From positions 5,903 through 69,902 of the forward strand of contig CAIKLM010000148.1 of the NCBI GenBank assembly GCA_903828235.1: a stretch of DNA of 64,000 bases, written 5' to 3'. Every line of letters begins with the position of its first letter. The first letter of the stretch is position 1. The translations under genes and the position numbers were made by a program. The DNA is from an uncultured beta proteobacterium (GTDB lineage: Bacteria; Pseudomonadota; Gammaproteobacteria; Burkholderiales; Burkholderiaceae_C). This document shows, piece by piece, positions 8,574 through 16,199 of this stretch. The notes beneath the pieces were generated by a model. The model was not told the DNA's origin, made no database searches, and saw only the letters and a list, made by a program, of their open reading frames with translations.

Positions 8574-10910
8574 ATGAGCGTCGTCCACACCCTCCGCCAG
8601 GCCCGTCCGTCGGGCCGGGCCGCCCTGCGGGCGAAGGCCCTGGCGTTGGCGGGCACCGCGCTGGCGCTGCTGGCGCTGGCCGCGCCCGCCCTGGCGCAGC
8701 CGGTGAAGCTGGGCGAGGGCGCCTACCTGCTGACGCCCAGGCCCGGCGACAAGGCCGTGCCGCGTGCGCCGTTCCGCACCGAGGCCATGCTGAAGCGGGC
8801 GGCGCCCACCAACCAGTGGTATTCGACGCTGGCCTTCAGCGCAAAGCCCGAAGCGCTGTTCGTGCAGCCGATCACCGTGAAGACCACGCCGGCGGGCCTG
8901 GAGTTCGCGTTGCCGTCCAAGGAGGCCGTCACCAGTGTGCGGCAGGACGTGGAGATCCGCTACCCGCACCGCGACCCGCTGCTCATCAGCCCGGTGGCCT
9001 TCGAGCCCGGTGCCGCCAGGCTGGCCAACGCCGACGACTGGTCGATCGACATCTCCATGGCGCGCGGTGGCGACGAGATGCTCGCCACGGTGGCGCGCGG
9101 CCACCCCTACGCGTCGATCCGCGTCAACCGCGGCGACCTGCGCGTGCGGCTGCCCTCGGCCGGGCAACGCCTGCACGAGGGGGCCGATGCGCGCGTCGTC
9201 GCGCTCAAGGTGGGCGGCAAGACCTACGCGCTGTTCGGCCCCACCGGCGTGGCCTGGGAGTCCGCGTCGCCCACCGAGTGGACCGCACGGCTGCCGGCGG
9301 GCCGCGGCTACCTGTCGGTGGCGGCGCTGCCCGACGACAAGCCCGAGACGCTGGCCCTGTTCACGCGCCACGCCTATGCCTTCATCCGGCAGACGCGCGT
9401 GGAGTGGCGCTACGACGAGGCGGCCAGCCGCGTCGAGACCACCTTCCGGGCCCGCACCGAGGTGATGGAGGGCCCCGACCACGGGCCGCTGCTGGGCCTG
9501 TACCCGCACCACTGGTTCCGCAACGCGTCGGTGCAGGGCCGGCTCGGGCCCGCCTTCGACACCGTGCGCGGCCCGCTGCGGCTGCTGGCGGCGGCAGAGT
9601 TCACCACGACGACCACCTTCAACGGCTTCGTGCCCTTCTGGCCCGCGGCCACCGATGCCGCCCGCCTGCCGCAGCTGCGGGAGGTGATGGACCGGGACTT
9701 CGCCACCGCCAGCCGCGAACTGCAGCGCCAGGGCCGCAGCGCCTACTGGGCCGGCAAGGGCCTGCAGCGCACCATGAAGCTGGCCGAGGTCTTCGAGCAG
9801 CAGGGCGACCTGGCCCGCCGCGACCGCCTGATCGACATGGTGAAGAAGCGCGCCGAGGAGTGGCTGGGCGGCCAGAGCAGCCGCGGCTACGTGCAGCGCG
9901 ACGAGGCCATGGGCCTGGTGTCGATCTACCCCGACGAGTTCTTCGCGGTGGCCGAGATCAACGACCACCACTTCTGGTTCGGCTACTGGATCCGCTCCGC
10001 CGCCGAGGTGGCGCTGCGCGACCCGGCCTGGATCGCCCGGGAGCGCTGGGGCGGGATGTTCGAGCTGCTCATCGCCGACATCGCCACCACCGAGCGCGGG
10101 CGCGCCGACTTCCCGTTCCTGCGCAACTGGGACGCCTACGAGGGCCACACCTGGGCCAACGGCATCGGGGCGGGCGAGTTCGGCAACAACAACGAGTCCT
10201 CGTCGGAGTCGATCAACGCCTGGACCGGCCTCATCCTGTGGGGCGAGATCACGGGCAACAGGGCCCTGCGCGACCTGGGCGTCTACCTCTACGCCAGCGA
10301 GATCGAGGCCATCAACCACTACTGGTTCGACATCCACGGCCAAGTGTTCGCGCCCGAGTATCGCAACGCCGAGGTCAGCCTGGTCTTCGGCGGCATGTAC
10401 CGCCACGACACCTGGTGGATCGACGATCCGCGGCAGATCAAGGGCATCAACCTGCTGCCGGTGACCACCGCCCACACCTACCTGGGGCGCGATCCGGCCT
10501 TCGTGAAGCGCAGCCTGGCCACGCTGCCGGCCGAGACCGAGCTGTGGAACCGCATCGCCAGGAAGCCGGACCCGCCGCCGCCCAAGGACATCTGGCAGGA
10601 CATCTTCGCCATGTACCTGGCCCTGGCCGATCCGGCCGAGGCGCTGAAGACCTGGGACCGCTGGGGCTCGGTGGAGCTGGGCTCGTCGCGCAGCTTCACG
10701 CTGCACTTCATGCTCGGCCTGGAGGCCATGGGCCTGCCGGACTTCGGCATCACCGCCGACACGCCGCTGCACGCCGTGTTCCGGCGAGCCGACGGCCGCC
10801 GCACCTACCTGGCCTTCAACGCCCGCCCGGCGCCGCTGGAGGTGCGGTTCAGCGACGGCCGGCGCCTGGTGGTGCCGCCCGGCCAGCTGGGCCGCCTGAC
10901 CGTGCCCTGA
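8574..10910 (+). CDS. GH81 endo-1,3-beta-glucanase, secreted
   Basis: 778 aa from MSVVHTLRQ. Sec signal ending PALA-Q. PTNQWYS, NDHHFWFGYW, EGHTWANG and NNESSSESINAW match GH81 catalytic motifs. Confidence 0.88.
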   Translation: MSVVHTLRQARPSGRAALRAKALALAGTALALLALAAPALAQPVKLGEGAYLLTPRPGDKAVPRAPFRTEAMLKRAAPTNQWYSTLAFSAKPEALFVQPITVKTTPAGLEFALPSKEAVTSVRQDVEIRYPHRDPLLISPVAFEPGAARLANADDWSIDISMARGGDEMLATVARGHPYASIRVNRGDLRVRLPSAGQRLHEGADARVVALKVGGKTYALFGPTGVAWESASPTEWTARLPAGRGYLSVAALPDDKPETLALFTRHAYAFIRQTRVEWRYDEAASRVETTFRARTEVMEGPDHGPLLGLYPHHWFRNASVQGRLGPAFDTVRGPLRLLAAAEFTTTTTFNGFVPFWPAATDAARLPQLREVMDRDFATASRELQRQGRSAYWAGKGLQRTMKLAEVFEQQGDLARRDRLIDMVKKRAEEWLGGQSSRGYVQRDEAMGLVSIYPDEFFAVAEINDHHFWFGYWIRSAAEVALRDPAWIARERWGGMFELLIADIATTERGRADFPFLRNWDAYEGHTWANGIGAGEFGNNNESSSESINAWTGLILWGEITGNRALRDLGVYLYASEIEAINHYWFDIHGQVFAPEYRNAEVSLVFGGMYRHDTWWIDDPRQIKGINLLPVTTAHTYLGRDPAFVKRSLATLPAETELWNRIARKPDPPPPKDIWQDIFAMYLALADPAEALKTWDRWGSVELGSSRSFTLHFMLGLEAMGLPDFGITADTPLHAVFRRADGRRTYLAFNARPAPLEVRFSDGRRLVVPPGQLGRLTVP

Positions 10911-10970
10911 GCGACCTGGCCGGCCCACCCGCGACGCCCGGCCTACGGGTAAGCGAGAGGGCCGGTGCCC

Positions 10971-11018
10971 TTGCCAACGAGCCCGCATCGTCCCGATACT
11001 GTTGAAAGCGCTTTCACA
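10971..11018 (+). promoter_or_regulatory. promoter plus LacI-type operator 4 (TTGAAAGCGCTTTCACA at 11002-11018)
   Basis: TTGCCA (10971-10976), 18 bp, GATACT (10995-11000), then the identical 17-mer operator. GAGGA SD precedes ATG 11077. Confidence 0.85.
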
Positions 11019-11076
11019 GCCGCCCGCCTTCTTTGCCCGCGAGTCCGTCGACTCCGCCACCCGAGGACAGCCTGCC

Positions 11077-13164
11077 ATGACCACCCCACAGCATCGTCCC
11101 CCCTTGGCCGCCCTCGCGGCGGCGGTGTTCGCGCTCTCGCTGGCCGCCTGCGGGGGCGGTGGCGGCGAGGCGCCGCCCGATCGGCCCGGCAGCGTCGTCG
11201 CGCCGGCCGCGCCGGTGGTGACCATCACCAACAACGTCGCGGCCGAGACGGCCACGGGCCCGATCACCTTCACCTTCTCGTTCAACCGCGACGTCGGCAC
11301 CTCGTTCACGGCCGACGACGTGATGGTGACGGGCGGCACCAAGGGCACGTTCACGCGCCTGTCGGGCACCGGCGCCACGCTGGTGGTGGCGCCGACGCCC
11401 AACGCCACCGGCACGGTGCAGGTGTCGGTGGGCGCCGGCAGCGTGACCGACGCCACCGGCACGGGCAACGCCGCGGTCACGGCCGCCAAGGCCTTCGACA
11501 CCGTGCCGCCCCCGCCACCGGCGACCGGCAACGTCGTGCTGGCCAACTTCGACGACGTGCGCCCAACGGTGGCGGGCTTCGAGGGCGCCGAGGGCAGCGC
11601 CATCGAAGCCGGGCCGGCCGGCGGCGGCTCGGGCAACAGCTTCAAGGTGCTGCGCTCGGGCGGCCAGGCCTACGCCCTGGGCATCGTCGAGACGGCCGTG
11701 CCGGTGACGGCGACGCGCCGCACGATCAGCGCGCAGGTCTACTCGCCGCTGGCGGGCATTCCGATGGTCATGAAGATCGAGGGCCCGGGCGGTGCCAACT
11801 CGGGCGACGTGTCGGCCAACGAGGCCGTGGTCGTGGGCTGGCAGACGCTGACCTGGACCTTCTCCGGCGTGAACCCCGCGCAGACCTTCAACAAGATCGT
11901 GCTGCTGCCGCGCCTGGGCACGGTCGACGCTCCGCCGGGGCGCGCCTACTTCTTCGACGGCATGACGCTGGTCGAGAACGCGTCGCTGCTCGGCGGCACC
12001 GTGCTGGCCAACTTCGACGACGTGCGCCCGCCGGTGGCGGGCTTCGAGGGCGCCGAGGGCAGCGCCATCGAGGCCGGGCCGGCCGGCGGCGGCTCGGGCA
12101 ACAGCTTCAAGGTGCTGCGCTCGGGCGGCCAGGCCTACGCCCTGGGCATCGTCGAGACGGCCGTGCCGGTGACGGCGACGCGGCGCACGATCAGCGCGCA
12201 GGTCTACTCGCCGCTGGCGGGCATCCCGATGGTGATGAAGATCGAGGGCCCGGGCGGGGCCAACTCGGGCGACGTGTCGGCCAACGAGGCCGTGGTCGTG
12301 GGTTGGCAGACCCTGACCTGGACCTTCTCCGGCGTGAACCCCGCGCAGACCTTCAACAAGATCGTGCTGCTGCCGCGCCTGGGCACGGTCGACGCACCGC
12401 CGGGGCGCGCCTACTACTTCGACGGCATCACGCTGCTGCCGGCGGCCACGGGCGGGGGCGGTGCCGCGGCGCTGACCTTCTCCACCGGCTTTGCCACGGG
12501 CAACCGCACCGTGGAGGGCGGCGAGTTCGGCGGCTTCAGCGGCAGCAACTTCGACGGCTTCAACTGCGACGGCAACCCCGCCAACTGCGGTGCCGGCGGC
12601 GAGTTCGCGCCGGCGCTCGCGGCGGCCGACAGCTACTTCTTCTACTACTACCAGACGCCCAGCCCGGCCACGGCCATGTACATGGGCATCTTCGTGCAGG
12701 CGCCCGGCGTGGTGGGGGGCTTCAGCCCCTCGGCCGACACCCCCGGCGTGCAGGTGGGCTCGCAGACGACGCTGCGCTTCAAGCTGGGGCAGAACGCCGA
12801 GTGGTTCGGCTCGGCGACCAACAACTTCATGATCGTCATGGACCTCGGCAAGCGCTTCACCGCCGGTGGCGGCACCTGCCGGCTGCAGCTGCGCAGGGTG
12901 GTCACGCCCACGGCCCAGGCCGCCAGCAGCTACGCGATCCCCCTGAACTCGTTCGCCCTGGTGCAGGACTGCGCCGGTGCCGCCACCTCGGTGGCCCAGG
13001 CGCTGGCCGTCTCGCCGATCTCGCAGATCTCGTTCCAGGGCGTGGGCGGCAGCAACGAGCTGTCGGACGGCGCGCGCACCAGCGGAGCCAACCGCAGCGT
13101 GCCCAACGGCGACGGGCGCTACCCGACGACGGTGGTGCTGCAGGGCGGCATCACGATCGACTGA
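11077..13164 (+). CDS. multidomain lipoprotein: Ig-like domain, two tandem CBM-like modules, Cys-containing C-terminal domain
   Basis: 695 aa. Lipobox LAAC-GGGGG. Ig-like segment (PVVTITNN...ITFTFSF...VSVGAGSVTD), Pro linker, two 155-aa repeats, and a C-terminal domain with four Cys. No catalytic motif recognised. Confidence 0.75.
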   Translation: MTTPQHRPPLAALAAAVFALSLAACGGGGGEAPPDRPGSVVAPAAPVVTITNNVAAETATGPITFTFSFNRDVGTSFTADDVMVTGGTKGTFTRLSGTGATLVVAPTPNATGTVQVSVGAGSVTDATGTGNAAVTAAKAFDTVPPPPPATGNVVLANFDDVRPTVAGFEGAEGSAIEAGPAGGGSGNSFKVLRSGGQAYALGIVETAVPVTATRRTISAQVYSPLAGIPMVMKIEGPGGANSGDVSANEAVVVGWQTLTWTFSGVNPAQTFNKIVLLPRLGTVDAPPGRAYFFDGMTLVENASLLGGTVLANFDDVRPPVAGFEGAEGSAIEAGPAGGGSGNSFKVLRSGGQAYALGIVETAVPVTATRRTISAQVYSPLAGIPMVMKIEGPGGANSGDVSANEAVVVGWQTLTWTFSGVNPAQTFNKIVLLPRLGTVDAPPGRAYYFDGITLLPAATGGGGAAALTFSTGFATGNRTVEGGEFGGFSGSNFDGFNCDGNPANCGAGGEFAPALAAADSYFFYYYQTPSPATAMYMGIFVQAPGVVGGFSPSADTPGVQVGSQTTLRFKLGQNAEWFGSATNNFMIVMDLGKRFTAGGGTCRLQLRRVVTPTAQAASSYAIPLNSFALVQDCAGAATSVAQALAVSPISQISFQGVGGSNELSDGARTSGANRSVPNGDGRYPTTVVLQGGITID
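11536..12435 (+). repeat. intragenic direct repeat, 2 x 435 bp (11536-11970 and 12001-12435), period 465 bp
   Basis: Manual alignment gives 12 mismatches in 435 bp: 9 synonymous, 3 non-synonymous (T/P, F/Y, M/I). Confidence 0.95.
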
Positions 13165-13202
13165 CGCGGATTCCGGGGCCGGGTGCCCCGCCGCACAAGC
13201 CC

Positions 13203-13227
13203 GCGGCCCCGGCGAACCCGGGGCCGC
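13203..13227. terminator. hairpin after the lipoprotein gene
   Basis: GCGGCCCCGG-cgaac-CCGGGGCCGC, 10-bp perfect stem, no U-tract. Confidence 0.45.
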
Positions 13228-13244
13228 TGGCCATAATCGCGTGC

Positions 13245-13460
13245 ATGACCGTCTTCTACTGGGTGATGGGCGTGCTGATCATCGGCACCCTGGCGCCGGC
13301 CGCGCTGTACCTGGTGCTGTATGCCATCACCGGGGAGCCCGCCTGCGACCGCCGCGCGCGCGCCTTCTGGGCGGCCTCGCGCGTGTTCGCGCTGCTGGGC
13401 TTCAACGTCCTGGTGTGGGGCCACGTGGTGTACGGCCTGTGGCAGATCTGGTTCGACTGA
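13245..13460 (+). CDS. small hypothetical membrane protein (71 aa, 2 TM)
   Basis: MTVFYWVMGVLIIGTLAPAALYLVLYAITG...FALLGFNVLVWGHVVYGLWQIWFD. Two hydrophobic helices, GC3-rich codons, CATAAT 7 nt upstream of the ATG. Confidence 0.7.
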   Translation: MTVFYWVMGVLIIGTLAPAALYLVLYAITGEPACDRRARAFWAASRVFALLGFNVLVWGHVVYGLWQIWFD

Positions 13461-13485
13461 GCGGGCGGCCCCGCGCGGCCGCCGC

Positions 13486-14457
13486 TCACATGGGCGCGTC
13501 GTCGCCCTGGGGCGTGCCTCGGCGGATGCGCACCGGCGCCTTCTTCGCCGGCGGCGCGGCAGGGGCGGGTGCCGCGGCGGCGCCCAGCGCCTGCAGCACG
13601 GCGTCGCCTTCGGCCGCCGGCCGGCGGCCCGGTGCCACGGGCTCGTCCTTGATCACGCGCGTGTAGGGCGCCAGGATGCCCACGAGCTGCCCGAACACCT
13701 TCGGGTTGCCGGCCACCACCTCGCGCTGGTGCAGGTAGTCGCTCTCGCCAGTGAAGTTGCCGATGAGGCCGCCGGCCTCGGTGATGATCAGCGAGCCCGC
13801 GGCCACGTCCCAGGGGTTGAGGCCCATCTCGAAGAAGCCGTCGTACCAGCCGGCGGCCACGTAGCACAGGTCCAGCGCCGCGGCGCCGGGCCGGCGCAGG
13901 CCGGCGCAGGCCTGCATGACCTCCTCGAACATCTTGACGTAACGCTTGAAGTTGTCGCCGCGGCGGAACGGGAACCCGGTGCCCACGAGCGAGTCCGACA
14001 GGCGCGTGCGCCGGCTCACCCGCAGGCGCCGGTCGTTCAGGAAGGCGCCGCGGCCGCGGCTGGCGATGAACAGGTCGTTGCGCGTGGGGTCGTAGACCAC
14101 CGCCTGCTGCACCTGGCCGCGCACGGCCAGCGCAATGCTGACGGCGTAGACCGGGAAGCCGTGCAGGAAGTTGGTGGTGCCGTCCAGCGGGTCGATGATC
14201 CAGACGTACTCGCTGTCGCGCGCCCCGTGCTCGCGGCCACTCTCCTCGGCCAGGATGCCGTGGCCGGGGTAGGCCTCCAGCAGCGTCTCGATGATGGCGG
14301 CCTCGGCGTTGCGGTCGACCTCGGAGACGAAGTCGTTGGGCCCCTTGCTGCCGACCTTGAGCACGTCGAGGTCGAGCGCCGCGCGGTTGATGATGGAACC
14401 CGCCGTGCGAGCCGCCTTGACGGCGATGTTGAGCATGGGGTGCAGGGTCTGCGACAT
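13486..14457 (-). CDS. suhB: inositol monophosphatase family protein
   Basis: [48 protein letters not shown]. Confidence 0.93.
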   Translation of the reverse strand: MSQTLHPMLNIAVKAARTAGSIINRAALDLDVLKVGSKGPNDFVSEVDRNAEAAIIETLLEAYPGHGILAEESGREHGARDSEYVWIIDPLDGTTNFLHGFPVYAVSIALAVRGQVQQAVVYDPTRNDLFIASRGRGAFLNDRRLRVSRRTRLSDSLVGTGFPFRRGDNFKRYVKMFEEVMQACAGLRRPGAAALDLCYVAAGWYDGFFEMGLNPWDVAAGSLIITEAGGLIGNFTGESDYLHQREVVAGNPKVFGQLVGILAPYTRVIKDEPVAPGRRPAAEGDAVLQALGAAAAPAPAAPPAKKAPVRIRRGTPQGDDAPM

Positions 14458-14580
14458 GGCGAGCAGGGGTGAGGAAGGGGCAGGCGGCGGCTGGAAAAGA
14501 TCGCGCGGCGGGACAATGCGCTGCCCACGCCGCGAAGAGCCCCGATTCTATCCGGCCCCCCTGCCGCCAGCCCCCCGACC

Positions 14581-15378
14581 ATGAGCACCGCCGTCGACCC
14601 CACCCGCTTCGTGCTCGTGCGACCCAGCCACGCCGGCAACGTGGGCGCGGCGGCGCGGGCGCTCAAGGTCATGGGCTTTGCCGACCTGGTGCTGGTGGCG
14701 CCGCGCCACGCCGACCTGCACCGCCACGACGACGCCGTGGCCCTGGCCAGCGGTGCCACCGACGTGCTGGACGGCGTGCGCGTGGTGGACACGTTGGCCG
14801 AGGCGCTGCAAGGGGTGACCCACGCCTGCGCTACCGCCATGACCCCGCGCGACTTCGGCCCGCCGGTGGCGGCCCCGCGCGAGCACCTGCCGGCCCTGGC
14901 GGCAGAGCGGGCCGAGGGCCGGCGCGTGGGTTTCGTGTTCGGGCGCGAGCGCACGGGCCTGGCCAACGAGGACGTCTGGCGCTGCCACGCCTGCCTGAGC
15001 ATCCCGGCCAACCCCGCCTACGGCTCGCTGAACCTGGCGCAGGCGGTGCAGCTCGTGGCCTACGAGTGGCGGCAGGCGCTGGGCGGCTGGCCCGTGGTGC
15101 CGGCGCGGCCGGCGCTCGCACCGTCGCCGCCGGCCGACGTGGCTGCGGTGCAGGCGGCGCTGGCGCACTGGCAGGCGGTGCTGGAGCGCATCGGCTTCCT
15201 GGACCCGGCAGCCCCGAAGAAGCTGATGCCGCGCCTGAACCAGCTGCTCAACCGCGCCCAGCCCACGGTGGACGAGCTGCACGTGCTGCGCGGCATCGCC
15301 CGCGCCGTCGAGGCCGCGGCCGGCGCGCCGCCCCCCGCCCCGGCGCCGGCCCCGGCATCGGCGCCGAAGCAGGGTTGA
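14581..15378 (+). CDS. trmJ: tRNA/rRNA methyltransferase (SPOUT, TrmJ family)
   Basis: [45 protein letters not shown]. Confidence 0.88.
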   Translation: MSTAVDPTRFVLVRPSHAGNVGAAARALKVMGFADLVLVAPRHADLHRHDDAVALASGATDVLDGVRVVDTLAEALQGVTHACATAMTPRDFGPPVAAPREHLPALAAERAEGRRVGFVFGRERTGLANEDVWRCHACLSIPANPAYGSLNLAQAVQLVAYEWRQALGGWPVVPARPALAPSPPADVAAVQAALAHWQAVLERIGFLDPAAPKKLMPRLNQLLNRAQPTVDELHVLRGIARAVEAAAGAPPPAPAPAPASAPKQG

Positions 15379-15401
15379 ACCCCGCTGGCTACACTGCGCC
15401 C

Positions 15402-16181
15402 ATGTTCGCCCGCCTGCGTGAAGACATCGCCTGCATCCTCGAGCGCGACCCCGCCGCGCGCTCGCGCTGGGAGGTGCTCACCTGCTACCCGGGGCTGCAC
15501 GCGCTGGTCATGCACCGCTGGGCGCACGCGCTGTGGAAGCACGGGCTGCGCTGGCCGGCGCGTTTCGTGTCGCACCTCTCGCGCTGGCTCACGGGCATCG
15601 AGATCCACCCCGGCGCCGTCATCGGCCGGCGCGTCTTCATCGACCACGGCATGGGGCTGGTCATCGGCGAGACGGCCGTGGTCGGCGACGAGTGCACGCT
15701 GTACCACGGCGTCACCCTCGGCGGCACCTCGCTCGACAAGGGCGCCAAGCGCCACCCCACGCTGGGGCGCGGCGTCATCGTCAGCGCCGGCGCCAAGGTG
15801 CTGGGCGGCTTCACGGTGGGCGACGGCGCGCGCGTCGGCTCCAACGCCGTGCTGCTGCAGCCGGTACCCGCGGGCGCCACGGCGGTGGGCATCCCGGCCC
15901 GCATCGTGGCCAAGACGGCCGACGCCGAGCGCGAGGCCGCTGCCGCCAAGATGGGTTTCTCGGCCTACGGCCTGACGCAGGGCGACGACCCCCTGGCGCA
16001 GGCGCTCAAGGGCCTGATCGACAACGCCGGCAGCCAGGAGCAGCAGATCGCGCTGCTGTGGCAGGCCATCGAGAAGCTCTCGTCGCGCTCGCGCGAGCTG
16101 CCGCTGGCCGACTGCGTGCCGCAGGAGGCCCGCACCGAGGCGGCGTTCGACGCCGAGCGGCTGAACCGCCTCGTGAAGTAG
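15402..16181 (+). CDS. cysE: serine O-acetyltransferase
   Basis: [44 protein letters not shown] hexapeptide repeats. Confidence 0.95.
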   Translation: MFARLREDIACILERDPAARSRWEVLTCYPGLHALVMHRWAHALWKHGLRWPARFVSHLSRWLTGIEIHPGAVIGRRVFIDHGMGLVIGETAVVGDECTLYHGVTLGGTSLDKGAKRHPTLGRGVIVSAGAKVLGGFTVGDGARVGSNAVLLQPVPAGATAVGIPARIVAKTADAEREAAAAKMGFSAYGLTQGDDPLAQALKGLIDNAGSQEQQIALLWQAIEKLSSRSRELPLADCVPQEARTEAAFDAERLNRLVK

Positions 16182-16199
16182 GCCCCGCCGGGGCCGTCG

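Noticed and set aside
11536-12435. Direct repeats as a CRISPR array or mobile-element ends
   Set aside because: Two 435-bp in-frame coding repeats, with no spacers, cas genes or transposase.
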